Shown in pieces: positions 26,308 to 35,904 of a DNA stretch of 64,000 nucleotides. A program made the position numbers and the translations under genes. Below the pieces are notes generated by a model that was not told the DNA's origin, made no database searches, and saw only the letters and a list, made by a program, of their open reading frames with translations. The first letter of the stretch is position 1, and each line of letters starts with the position of its first letter. The stretch is from Bacteroidales bacterium (GTDB lineage: Bacteria; Bacteroidota; Bacteroidia; Bacteroidales; UBA3824): positions 68,644 to 132,643 of the forward strand of contig JAFPYR010000021.1 in assembly GCA_017412115.1 (NCBI GenBank). Direction: 5' to 3'.

Positions 26308-29300
26308 TTACGTTTTTTTTATGTTTTTCTTTTTTGCATGTCCGCTTGTGAAAATGTTTACGCATTTTTTAGGAATATCCAGCCAAAGCAATATAAACAT
26401 TATAACTGACCAACTCCAAAGAACTACCATGTTGAATTTATATGTGTCGAATCTGTTGTTTTTAATAATCTTGCACGGAGCATAAAAATGTGCCCTGCCT
26501 ATATCGGAAACAGGTTCCATAAAAATCGGGTCTTTTTTTTGTATTAATCTGTGTGTCGGCGAGTTATAAATCTTTTTAACAGCTCTTTTGTTCAAGACTA
26601 ATTCAGCAAGTTTTTCGTTGTAAAAGTCTTTTTGGAGCTGATACAAGCCGTCTTTGCCGAGTATTTTTTCTAAGCTGTCAAGTTTTCTTTGACGTGCTGC
26701 GTTGTATTCTTCGGCTATATCGTTATAATACTCTTTTTGCGCTCTTAAAAACAGTTGTAAAAAGTTGCCTATCATGGCGTTGAACTTACCCGGAACAAAT
26801 TCTTCGGTATGTTCAAATCCGATTTCAGGTTTTCTGTAATTGAGAAATTCTGTTTCGTTTTTCAAAATCAAAAGCAAATCCTCAAGTTCTTCTTGCTCTT
26901 CTTTTGAGGGATTTTCTATTTCACAAAGTTTGTTGCATCGAGCTGTAATATTGTCAAGCTCGCTCATTAAATAAGTGCTTAAATAAATACAGCGTGATTT
27001 TTCTTTGTCAAGTTCGTAAAATTCTTTTTCGTAAGGGTTGTTTTGAAACTGATCGACTGCCAAAGCCTCGTAACCCCATCTTGATACCATTAAATCGCCG
27101 ATAAAAGGAACGTTAATTTTATCGCTGACACTTTCGTGCAAATCGTCAAAATCTATCATCGCCCCGCCCAAAAGCATCTGAGGCACAAGTACAAACGGTA
27201 TCAAAATGTAAATCGCAATTACAGAATCCAATGCCGAGGAAATTATTAGTCCCATCATGTTTGCTGTACACGAGGTTGTGAACATAACAAACCAATAAGC
27301 CGTAGTCATGCCTTGAATTTCCAAAATATAATTGCCGACCAAAATAAAAGAAATTGTCTGAATTGCCGAAATCAAAAATACAATTATCGTTTTGTTTAAA
27401 AGGTAACTGAATTTCGACAGATTTAAGAATTTTTCCCTTTCAAGAATTTTTCTGTCCCTAATAATCTCGTCTGCCGCACAGGAAAGCCCCGTAAACAAGG
27501 CTACGACTACTATCATAAACAAAAAGACGGGTAAATTTCTGTTATCGGCAAAGACGTATTCGCCTTCGTCGTTGATGTATTTCGTGAAAAATCCCAAAAT
27601 GAAAGCCAAAACCGGCGACTCCAAAAATGTTATCGCCATGTATTGACGGTTTGCAAGTTTTGAGAGAATATTCCGCCTTAAAAATATCCAAAATTGTTTC
27701 AGAGGGTTAGGAATCGTGTATTTTGCCTTAGGAAGCGAAGCTTTGGTTTCCTCTTGAGTTTCAACTTCCGCAAATTCAAATTCACTGTTCGATAAAAATC
27801 TTTCATACCATTGTTTTGGGCTGACTTTTCGCTTTTGCGTATAAAAACCATGTTCGTTAACCTCGCGTGATTCAATGATTTGAAGAATTTCTTCGCTGTT
27901 TACGTTTCCGCAAGTCGGACATTCGCTTTCACCTGCGTCCACGTAATCGCTCATCAATTTGAAATACGTTATCGCCTCCATCGGGTTGCCGTTGTATATT
28001 ACATAACCGCCTTTGTCCATAACCCAAAGTTTGTCGAACATTTTGAAAATATTCGATGAAGGCTGATGTATGTTTACGATTACTATTGTACCTTTAACGG
28101 CTTGTTGCTTAAGAAGTTGCATAACGATTTCGGAGTCCGTACTCGATAACCCCGAGGTCGGCTCGTCCACAAACAAAACAGACGGCTCTCTGACAAGTTC
28201 CAAAGCAATGTTGAGCCTTTTGCGTTGTCCGCCCGAAATTACGGTGTGCAAATCGTCCCCGACTTTGAGATTTCTACATTCATACAAATCCAAATCCTTG
28301 AGAATTTTTGTTATATGAGCATCGAACTCTTTGTCAGAGAGGTTGTTAAGACAAAGTTTGGAGTTATAATAAAGGTTTTGCCAAACGGTGAGTTCCGCTA
28401 TCAAAAGGTCGTCTTGAGGAACTATTCCTATGATTCCGTCCGGCATTTTGTCTTTGCCCGAAATATTGTTGCCATTGATGAAAATTTCACCCGTATCGAG
28501 TTTGTATTTACCCGTCAAAACGTTTAGAAGCGTACTTTTGCCCGTTCCGCTGCCGCCCATAATGCCGACTAACATTCCCGATTCTACCGAAAAACTGAAA
28601 GGTTTTAATCCGTTTTGGGCGTTTTTGTAACTGAACGAAACATTGTTACCCGAAAAAACAACTTTTTGTCTGTCAGAAACCCTTGTGAAAATACTATTGA
28701 CAGAACTTTGATAAATCGAACCGATTTTTTCTCCGCGTATTATCGAACCGTTTTCAAAAAGTAGTACCTTGCCCGGCTGAATCATTTTGCCGTTTACAGT
28801 AAGTCCCGATAATCCGTCATAAACGAAAAATATATTGGATATGCTTCTGATATACAACATTCTAAGGCAGCCTTCCATTTCCGAAAGCTGAATATGTTTG
28901 GTTCCTTCCAAGGCTTTGGGTAAATTGTCGGCAAAAAGAAAATCCGCTTTGTTTTCGGCTATGCTCAAATCGTTTTTAACGAATGACAAAATGTTAAGGT
29001 ATTCAGAATGTTCGATGTTGAAACTCTCCGATACTGTTTCAACGAAATCTTTTGAGGCTTCGGAAAAATTATTATCCGTCAAAACGTATTCTATGAGTTG
29101 TATTATAACCGTAACTTTGTCCCGTTGATGAAGCTCTCTATTGATTTGGGCGCATATTTTAAGAATTTTAACCGAGCTTGAGGATATTCTTTTGTGAGAT
29201 TCTTTCCCTGATTTTTTGTCTTTGTAGGAATTGACATAACCTTCGTAACGGTTCAGATATTTTTCTGCGAGAGCCGGCGAAAGCATCCTCTGAAGATATG

Positions 29301-29400
29301 CCTGAACAACATCTTTTGATTTAGCGGCGTTGAGAGTATCTTCGGGGTCTATAATCAGCGCAAACAAACGCATTAAAGCATCGAGTATCTTTTCGTTCAT
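26308..29400 (-). CDS. ABCG-type ABC transporter (ATPase + ABC-2 permease) with long N-terminal regulatory extension
   Basis: Walker A GGSGTGKST, signature ISGGQRKRLNIA, Walker B LFVDEPTSGLS, and C-terminal multi-TM domain. A TAGATTTG -7 box at 29428-29435 lies inside the track ORF extension, so the start is set at ATG 29400. Confidence 0.8.
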   Translation of the reverse strand: MNEKILDALMRLFALIIDPEDTLNAAKSKDVVQAYLQRMLSPALAEKYLNRYEGYVNSYKDKKSGKESHKRISSSSVKILKICAQINRELHQRDKVTVIIQLIEYVLTDNNFSEASKDFVETVSESFNIEHSEYLNILSFVKNDLSIAENKADFLFADNLPKALEGTKHIQLSEMEGCLRMLYIRSISNIFFVYDGLSGLTVNGKMIQPGKVLLFENGSIIRGEKIGSIYQSSVNSIFTRVSDRQKVVFSGNNVSFSYKNAQNGLKPFSFSVESGMLVGIMGGSGTGKSTLLNVLTGKYKLDTGEIFINGNNISGKDKMPDGIIGIVPQDDLLIAELTVWQNLYYNSKLCLNNLSDKEFDAHITKILKDLDLYECRNLKVGDDLHTVISGGQRKRLNIALELVREPSVLFVDEPTSGLSSTDSEIVMQLLKQQAVKGTIVIVNIHQPSSNIFKMFDKLWVMDKGGYVIYNGNPMEAITYFKLMSDYVDAGESECPTCGNVNSEEILQIIESREVNEHGFYTQKRKVSPKQWYERFLSNSEFEFAEVETQEETKASLPKAKYTIPNPLKQFWIFLRRNILSKLANRQYMAITFLESPVLAFILGFFTKYINDEGEYVFADNRNLPVFLFMIVVVALFTGLSCAADEIIRDRKILEREKFLNLSKFSYLLNKTIIVFLISAIQTISFILVGNYILEIQGMTTAYWFVMFTTSCTANMMGLIISSALDSVIAIYILIPFVLVPQMLLGGAMIDFDDLHESVSDKINVPFIGDLMVSRWGYEALAVDQFQNNPYEKEFYELDKEKSRCIYLSTYLMSELDNITARCNKLCEIENPSKEEQEELEDLLLILKNETEFLNYRKPEIGFEHTEEFVPGKFNAMIGNFLQLFLRAQKEYYNDIAEEYNAARQRKLDSLEKILGKDGLYQLQKDFYNEKLAELVLNKRAVKKIYNSPTHRLIQKKDPIFMEPVSDIGRAHFYAPCKIIKNNRFDTYKFNMVVLWSWSVIMFILLWLDIPKKCVNIFTSGHAKKKNIKKT

Positions 29401-29427
29401 CGGTTTTTCTTGATTAAAAAACAAATG

Positions 29428-29435
29428 CAAATCTA
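29428..29435 (-). promoter_or_regulatory. -7 box TAGATTTG for the ABC transporter gene
   Basis: Reverse complement of CAAATCTA, ~28 nt upstream of ATG 29400. Confidence 0.4.
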
Positions 29436-29529
29436 ATAATTTTTTTTGTGTATACAAACAACTAACTATACTTATTTTTATTTTTTGAAAAAAACGGGGA
29501 TTATTTTTGGGAATTTGAGTTTATAACAT

Positions 29530-29537
29530 TAATTTTG
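29530..29537 (+). promoter_or_regulatory. -7 box TAATTTTG
   Basis: 20 nt upstream of ATG 29557. Confidence 0.45.
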
Positions 29538-29556
29538 CACTATAAAATTATCGGTT

Positions 29557-30027
29557 ATGAAGAAAATTTTTTTAGTATTACTCGTAGTTTTTTCTGTATT
29601 TTCTTGCAACAGAGGAAGAATTTACGGCGAAAGAGAGGAATTGCCGAATATGGTTTGGGATATGAACAACATATTAAAGTTTGAAGTCCCGGTTTTGACG
29701 GATACCGTAGCTTACGATATTAAAATCGATTTAAGAACGGTTGATTTTTATACATCTGCCAATTTGTGGTTGTTTCTTAAAATCGAAACACCTTCGGGTA
29801 AAGTAATGGCGGATACGTTAGAATGTATGCTTTATGACGACAAAGGTAATCCGCAGACCCAGAAAATGAGTTTCGGCGAGTTGGAAGACTATGAGTTTAT
29901 GTTCAAAGAAAACGTAAAATTTTCTGAAACCGGAGTTTATAAATTTAATATTCAGCACGGAATGCGTACGGAACAACTTCCGTATATTAAGGAAGTTGGT
30001 CTTATCGTAGAAAAACACGAAAAATAG
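29557..30027 (+). CDS. gldH: gliding motility lipoprotein GldH
   Basis: Lipobox VFSC. Size (156 aa) and the pattern Y-DIKIDLR...YTSANLWLFLKIETPSG...D match the GldH family as I recall it. Confidence 0.7.
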   Translation: MKKIFLVLLVVFSVFSCNRGRIYGEREELPNMVWDMNNILKFEVPVLTDTVAYDIKIDLRTVDFYTSANLWLFLKIETPSGKVMADTLECMLYDDKGNPQTQKMSFGELEDYEFMFKENVKFSETGVYKFNIQHGMRTEQLPYIKEVGLIVEKHEK

Positions 30028-30031
30028 AAAA

Positions 30032-30733
30032 ATGTCAAAAAACAAACTTGAAAAATTTGCGTTGATGGCTGAGTTCAAAAATGTGATTCAGCCCGAAGGA
30101 CTTTTTGTCGATAATTTTGAATTGAAAGGCAAATGGGCGGATAGTTTTTTCAAAAATTCCAACCCTTTGACCTTGGAGCTCGGTTGCGGAAAAGGCGAAT
30201 ATACCGTTGCTTTGGCTGGTCTTAACAAAGAAAAAAATTATATCGGTGTTGATATAAAGGGTGCGCGTATTTATACCGGCGCAAAACTCGCCCTTGAAAA
30301 CAATCAGGAGAATGCCGCATTCTTGCGCACGAGAATTGATATGATTGACAGATTTTTTTCAGAGGACGAGGTTTCGGAAATTTGGATAACTTTTCCTGAC
30401 CCGCAGCCCAAGAAACAAAACAAACGTTTGACTTCAGCGCATTTTTTGAATCTTTACGGCAAAATCTTAAAAGACGGTTCTATAATTAATCTTAAAACGG
30501 ACAGCCGTCTATTACATTTTTATACGTTGGAACTCTTGAAAGCCAATAATATAACTCCGATTGTACATACCGACGATTTGTATTCATCGGATTCTCTTAA
30601 CGATGTTTTGAGAGTTAAGACTTATTACGAAAAGCAGTTTTTGTCTGAAGGTAAAAAAATCACTTATCTGAAATTTAAGTTTGAAAAAAATAAACAGTTT
30701 GTAGAAATACCGAAATTTGAATTTTCGGAGTAA
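30032..30733 (+). CDS. trmB: tRNA (guanine46-N7)-methyltransferase
   Basis: LELGCGKGEYTVALA SAM motif, ITFPDPQPKK, NLKTDS. Confidence 0.85.
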   Translation: MSKNKLEKFALMAEFKNVIQPEGLFVDNFELKGKWADSFFKNSNPLTLELGCGKGEYTVALAGLNKEKNYIGVDIKGARIYTGAKLALENNQENAAFLRTRIDMIDRFFSEDEVSEIWITFPDPQPKKQNKRLTSAHFLNLYGKILKDGSIINLKTDSRLLHFYTLELLKANNITPIVHTDDLYSSDSLNDVLRVKTYYEKQFLSEGKKITYLKFKFEKNKQFVEIPKFEFSE

Positions 30734-31884
30734 TGAAAGAAAGCAAATTAAAAAAAATTGCCGGTTGGTTTTTGCGCTTGCCTAAAAGAATTAACGTTAC
30801 CGTTACTATACTTTTGATAACGGCAACGTTGATTTCTTACGCTTCAACGGTGCTAAACCCCGGTAAATATACCGCAATTCCTGCTTTTGCGGGTTTGGGA
30901 TTTCCGTATATTCTCTTTGTTGATGTTATTTTTGCGATGCTGCTTATTTTTGCCAAAAAATGGACGGCAGTTTTTATGATTTTAACTATTGCTTTCGGTT
31001 ACAAAAGAATTGACGAAACTGTTCAGCTCAATCCTATTCATTATCTTGAAGATTTTTCCAAAGAGGATTCTTCGTTTACGTTTATGTCCTTTAATGTCAG
31101 ATTGTTAGATCGTTATAATTGGATAGATTCTAAGGGTGGGACAAAAAACAAAATTTTTGAATTTTTGAAATACGAAAGCCCTGAAATTATTTGTTTTCAG
31201 GAATTTTATAACAATAGCAAGGATTCTTTGCCGAATTGCGAACTTATCCGTGATATTCTCAAAACTGATTATGTCATAAGGGATTATGACGAAAAAGATA
31301 CTATTCATAAGACAGACAAAGGGTATATTATTTTTTCAAAATATCCGCTTTGTAACCGTCGTCCGATTTTTGATTTTACCGATAATATGATTGGTATATC
31401 GGTTGATGCTGACATTTTCGGCAAAAAAGTCAGAATTTTTAATATTCATTTGAAATCCATAAAACTCGGTTACGACGATTATGATTTTATTGACAAAATC
31501 GAAAATAAGAACAATAAAGAGCAGCTTTCGGGTTTAGGTAATATTTTTACGAAAATTTCCAAAGCCTATCAAATCCGTGTTAAGCAAGCCGAATATTTGA
31601 GCATTTTGATAAAACAATCGCCTTATCCGGTGATTGTAAGCGGAGATTTCAACGAGCCGCCGGTTTCGTATTGTTATAATAAAATCAGGAAAAGCGGTTT
31701 GGAAGATGCTTTTTGTATGAGCGGGACTGGTTTTGGTGAGACGATGAGGGTGAAATTTTTGCATTTTAGAATTGATTATATCCTTCATTCTAAGGTACTT
31801 GAAAGTAAACGTTTTCGCACTCACAGAGAAAATCTTTCAGATCATTACGCCGTGAGTTGCAAATTTAAATTTTCAGGGCAATGA
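30733..31884 (+). CDS. endonuclease/exonuclease/phosphatase (EEP) family membrane protein
   Basis: N-terminal TM helices; MSFNV...CFQE...SGDFN...SDHYAV, the EEP catalytic motifs. Confidence 0.75.
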   Translation: MKESKLKKIAGWFLRLPKRINVTVTILLITATLISYASTVLNPGKYTAIPAFAGLGFPYILFVDVIFAMLLIFAKKWTAVFMILTIAFGYKRIDETVQLNPIHYLEDFSKEDSSFTFMSFNVRLLDRYNWIDSKGGTKNKIFEFLKYESPEIICFQEFYNNSKDSLPNCELIRDILKTDYVIRDYDEKDTIHKTDKGYIIFSKYPLCNRRPIFDFTDNMIGISVDADIFGKKVRIFNIHLKSIKLGYDDYDFIDKIENKNNKEQLSGLGNIFTKISKAYQIRVKQAEYLSILIKQSPYPVIVSGDFNEPPVSYCYNKIRKSGLEDAFCMSGTGFGETMRVKFLHFRIDYILHSKVLESKRFRTHRENLSDHYAVSCKFKFSGQ

Positions 31885-32957
31885 TCGTTTTTGAAATTTT
31901 TCTGATTTTAATTGCATCTGTTTATGCGTTTTTGGTTTTGAAATGTTGCCTGAAATTTTACTTTTATGAGCCTCAAAAAAAACTTGAAACCTCTTTTGAA
32001 AAAGTTTCCGTTATGGTTTCTGCCAAAAACGAGGAAGAAAATATTTCTAATTTTATCACGAATATTTTATCTCAGAGTACAGAAAATCTTGAATTTGTAT
32101 TGATAGATGACAATTCCTCGGACAAAACTTTTGAAATTGCCGAAAAATTTTCTGATATAATTTTGAAAAAAAATCCGTTTTCCGGCAAAAAATCAGCCTT
32201 AAAATACGGAATTGATTTTTGCAGCGGAGAATTTTTAATTTTAACGGATGCTGATTGTTTTGGTAATAATCAGTGGGCGCAAACTATTTCCAAAACGGCT
32301 TTTAACTATGATGCTGACATGATTTTAGCCCCCGTAATTATCTGTGCTGAAGATAGTTCTAATATTTTTCAAAGGCTTTGGGAGGCAGAGGGTTTTTCGC
32401 TTATAACTATAACTGCGGGAACTTGCATTTGGGGTAAACCCGTAATGTCAAACGGTGGGAATATCGGTTACAAAACGTTTTTTTTCAAAAATAATATTCT
32501 TTCTCTTAACAAAAAATATTCTTCCGGCGATGATATGTTTATGATGGAATCGGCTCAAAGGCAGAAGAAAAAAATCGTTTATGTAAAAGATAGAAATGCT
32601 GTTGTCAGGACTCTTGGTCCTAAAAATCTCAAACAACTTTTGCGTCAGCGTTCTCGGTGGGTTAGCAAAACGGGCGGTTATAAAGAAAAGTTTACGCTTT
32701 TTTTTGCGGGCGTGATTTTCTTCGGAAATTTTTTTGCTGCTTTGTTGCCTTTTATCGCCTCATTTACGGATTGGAAAGTTTCTGTTTTTATGGTTTTAAC
32801 GAAATTTTTATCAGACTTTTTTTCTGTGAAAGTCTCATCTGATTATTATCGCAAGAAACAGAAAATCAGTGATATAATAGTTTTAGAAATTATATATCCT
32901 TATTATGTTTTATCTTCGGTGGCATCGTTTTTATTCAAAGGCGTTAGGTGGAAATAA
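31881..32957 (+). CDS. family 2 glycosyltransferase (membrane-associated)
   Basis: VSVMVSAKNEE...LIDDNSSDKT...LTDADC DxD region, QRSRW-type motif (LRQRSRWV), C-terminal TM helices. Confidence 0.75.
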   Translation: MIVFEIFLILIASVYAFLVLKCCLKFYFYEPQKKLETSFEKVSVMVSAKNEEENISNFITNILSQSTENLEFVLIDDNSSDKTFEIAEKFSDIILKKNPFSGKKSALKYGIDFCSGEFLILTDADCFGNNQWAQTISKTAFNYDADMILAPVIICAEDSSNIFQRLWEAEGFSLITITAGTCIWGKPVMSNGGNIGYKTFFFKNNILSLNKKYSSGDDMFMMESAQRQKKKIVYVKDRNAVVRTLGPKNLKQLLRQRSRWVSKTGGYKEKFTLFFAGVIFFGNFFAALLPFIASFTDWKVSVFMVLTKFLSDFFSVKVSSDYYRKKQKISDIIVLEIIYPYYVLSSVASFLFKGVRWK

Positions 32958-32968
32958 AAAAAGTTTTT

Positions 32969-32976
32969 TATATTTG
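32969..32976 (+). promoter_or_regulatory. -7 box TATATTTG
   Basis: ~43 nt upstream of ATG 33019. Confidence 0.4.
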
Positions 32977-33018
32977 CGCTATTAATTTTTAATTACCAAA
33001 TTATATCAATATCATAAT

Positions 33019-33960
33019 ATGAAAAATGTAGCAGTAGGTATCGACATAGGCGGTACAAATACCGTTATGGGTGTCGTAACGGAAGATGCAAAAATTTTGG
33101 CGGAAAAATCTATTCCGACTCAGAATTTTGTTGAGCTCGCTGATTATATTTCAGCGTTGGCTTCAGGAATCAAAGATTTGCTTTTGAAAGCGGAAGGTTA
33201 TACTCTCAAAGGAATAGGTATAGGCGTTCCGAACGGCAATTATTACACGGGAACGATTGAAATGGCTCCTAATTTGCCATGGAAAGGCCGCGTAATGTTA
33301 GCCGATGAATTGAAACGTCATTTTGATTGCAAAATTATAGTTACAAACGATGCAAAGGCCGCAACAATCGGTGAAATGGTTTACGGCGGAGCTAAGGGCA
33401 TGAAGAATTTCGTGATGATAACACTCGGGACGGGTCTTGGTTCAGGTGTTGTGGTTAACGGTTCGTTAGTTTACGGTTCTGACGGTTTTGCCGGAGAATT
33501 CGGACACGTTACGGCTGTTCCGGGCGGAAGAATTTGCGGTTGCGGACGTCAGGGTTGTCTTGAAACTTACGCCTCTGCAACGGGTATCAAACGCACGGCT
33601 TTTGAACTTCTTGCAAAATATCCCGATGCTTCAAAAATGAGAGAAATTCCTTTTACGGAGTTAACGAGTAAGGATATTTATACTTTTGCAACTCAAGGCG
33701 ACAAACTCGCATTGAAAGCTTTTGATATTACGGCAGATATTTTAGGAAGAAAACTTGCGGATCTTTGTACAGTGATTTCTCCGGAAGCAATATTTATTTT
33801 CGGCGGTTTGGCTAATGCTAAAGAGTTAATCGTTGATGCAACAAAGGTTTACTTGGAAAAATATATGATGCCTGTATTCAAGGATAAGGTAAAAGTTTTG
33901 CCGTCAGCGCTTTTAGGAACTAATATCGCAGTTCTTGGTGCTTCGGCGTTAGTAATGTAA
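33019..33960 (+). CDS. ROK family glucokinase
   Basis: VGIDIGGTNT, TLGTGLGSGVV, and the zinc motif GHV...CGCGRQGCLE. Confidence 0.85.
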   Translation: MKNVAVGIDIGGTNTVMGVVTEDAKILAEKSIPTQNFVELADYISALASGIKDLLLKAEGYTLKGIGIGVPNGNYYTGTIEMAPNLPWKGRVMLADELKRHFDCKIIVTNDAKAATIGEMVYGGAKGMKNFVMITLGTGLGSGVVVNGSLVYGSDGFAGEFGHVTAVPGGRICGCGRQGCLETYASATGIKRTAFELLAKYPDASKMREIPFTELTSKDIYTFATQGDKLALKAFDITADILGRKLADLCTVISPEAIFIFGGLANAKELIVDATKVYLEKYMMPVFKDKVKVLPSALLGTNIAVLGASALVM

Positions 33961-33974
33961 AAATAATAAAAACT

Positions 33975-35660
33975 ATGGCTAAAAATTCAGTTACCGTTAC
34001 GAATCAAGAGGGGGGTGGCGATGTCGTTTTGGTTGTTAAAAAGAAAAAGTTTCCTTGGTGGATTTTGCTTTTCTTGTTGCCGCTAATACTTTTGATTCCT
34101 GTTAAAAGACAGATTTTCATAAGGTTTTTGGCGCAGCCTTCTAACATTGCGGTTTCACAGACGGCGGTTCAAGCCGTTTATCCTGAAATTTCAACGTTTG
34201 GCGGCGTAACAGAGAAACCTTTTTCCGGGACGACCGATGATAAAGGCGAGGTTGTTATCTCTGATGTTAAACAACCTTTATGGTACAAACTTTTCGGCGG
34301 TGCTAACGATTCCGTTTCTGTTACTTGTGTTAATACTTGTCAGGAATTAAACAATGCAAAATACGGTTTCAAGGAGTTTCCGTTTGATGATTTCAAGGAC
34401 GTTTATTTGACTTCAAAGACAAGCGTTGAAACCTTGAAAGTCATTGATTTGGACGATAATCAGCCTTTACCGGATGCTAATGTTAGCATTATAAGTTCAG
34501 CTGATGGCAGTTCAAACACGACAACCGTTACAACGGATGTTTCGGGCAGTGTTGATATTAATTCAATGCCTGTTTGCGGCTCTGTTAAAGTTGTGGCCTC
34601 AAAGGAAGGCTACGAAAACGATACGTTGGAGGCGACTCTCTTCGATCTGAACAACATGACGGAGTTGGAAAAATGTTTGAAACTCAAACCCTTGAAAGGC
34701 TGTGTGAAAGTTATTGTTAAAAACCTCAAGACTAAAACACTTTTGGCAGGTGCAATTGTGGAGCTGACGATTAACGGTCAGTCCCAAAAACTTAAAACTA
34801 ATACCAACGGTGTCGGTGTCGGAATGTTTGATTCGTTACGTATAACGCAGCAACTCAATTTTTTAGCCTCAAAATCAGGTTATGCGGACACATCACTTAC
34901 AGGTTCTACCGTCAAGGACTTTATGTCTTGGGACGAAGAAAAACGCACAATGTATTTGCGCCCGCTTACAACCTCATTAGTTTTTATTAACACTGATAAT
35001 AATAACGTTTTGGAAGGTGTTACAAACGTGATTTACAAAAACGGTACGAAAATCGCAACCGAATATAGTAATTCAAAAGGCGAATTTGTGGTCAGCAATA
35101 TCGCCGAAAACGATAAAATATCAATCGTTGCCTCCAAAACAGGTTATTCCACCAATTCTACAAAGGTTAAGAATCAAACCTTGTCAAGCCTTAACACTCA
35201 GGCTTCAAGAACAATTCCTTTAACCAAAAACGAAGTCAGACGTGTAGACCCGCCACCTGTTAACAATAATATCTCTGACTTAAAAGGTCAAAGCGGTGAT
35301 TTGCGTGTAAACCTTCAATGGTACACCAAAACAGACCTCGACCTCCATGTCATCGACCCGTGCGGAAACGAGATTTTCTTCTCTAAACGCCGCGCATCTT
35401 GTGGCGGCGGTGCAGGTACTCTCGACCTCGATGCTAACGCCCTATTCGGTACAACTTCTCGCCCTCAAGAAAATATCTACTGGAACAAACCTTCTAAAGG
35501 TACTTACACAATCAAAGTAGATTGTTTCAAATGGCGCGAAAACTCAATGGCTCCTTTAAGCTATAATATCACAATTATCGATAAAGGCGTCCGTACCGAT
35601 AAACGGGGAACTATTACTAAAGGTCAAAACATTATCGTTTGTAAACATAATGTGAACTAA
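33975..35660 (+). CDS. membrane-anchored protein with repeated carboxypeptidase-regulatory-like Ig domains and a C-terminal DUF2135/YfaP-like domain
   Basis: TM anchor; several ~80-aa beta-sandwich repeats (V.D.DDNQPLPDANV..., GAIVELTINGQ...); C-terminus LRVNLQWYTKTDLDLHVIDPCGNEIFF. Confidence 0.55.
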   Translation: MAKNSVTVTNQEGGGDVVLVVKKKKFPWWILLFLLPLILLIPVKRQIFIRFLAQPSNIAVSQTAVQAVYPEISTFGGVTEKPFSGTTDDKGEVVISDVKQPLWYKLFGGANDSVSVTCVNTCQELNNAKYGFKEFPFDDFKDVYLTSKTSVETLKVIDLDDNQPLPDANVSIISSADGSSNTTTVTTDVSGSVDINSMPVCGSVKVVASKEGYENDTLEATLFDLNNMTELEKCLKLKPLKGCVKVIVKNLKTKTLLAGAIVELTINGQSQKLKTNTNGVGVGMFDSLRITQQLNFLASKSGYADTSLTGSTVKDFMSWDEEKRTMYLRPLTTSLVFINTDNNNVLEGVTNVIYKNGTKIATEYSNSKGEFVVSNIAENDKISIVASKTGYSTNSTKVKNQTLSSLNTQASRTIPLTKNEVRRVDPPPVNNNISDLKGQSGDLRVNLQWYTKTDLDLHVIDPCGNEIFFSKRRASCGGGAGTLDLDANALFGTTSRPQENIYWNKPSKGTYTIKVDCFKWRENSMAPLSYNITIIDKGVRTDKRGTITKGQNIIVCKHNVN

Positions 35661-35676
35661 AAAGAATTCCAAAGTG

Positions 35677-35880
35677 CACTGCCTTGTCAGCAGTGGGGTT
35701 CGCCTCATGCCGGCGGGGCAGTTCCCTTTTGAAAAAGGGAACCGGAAAACTTTTAAGAGATATAAAAAAGGGAAAGCCTCTAAAGGCTTTCCCTTTTTTA
35801 TATCTCATAGAAGTTCTTTGGTTCTTTCTTTCAAGAAAGAACGCCCCCGCGGCGAGCGGCAACCGCAGCCGTAGGCGGCG
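35677..35880 (+). repeat. structured intergenic repeat, copy B
   Basis: Same orientation and hairpin set as 2992-3193. The long stem is 22 bp here (one extra A and one matching extra T). Sits between two convergent stop codons. Confidence 0.7.
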
Positions 35881-35904
35881 TTCTTTTTGAGTTCGTTTTT
35901 TAGT

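Noticed and set aside
35632-35890. Three overlapping track ORFs (66-76 aa, both strands) over the structured repeat
   Set aside because: They exist only because the element is GC-rich and palindromic. The same sequence at 3003-3190 is not kept in any consistent frame, and the indels between the two copies would shift the frame.
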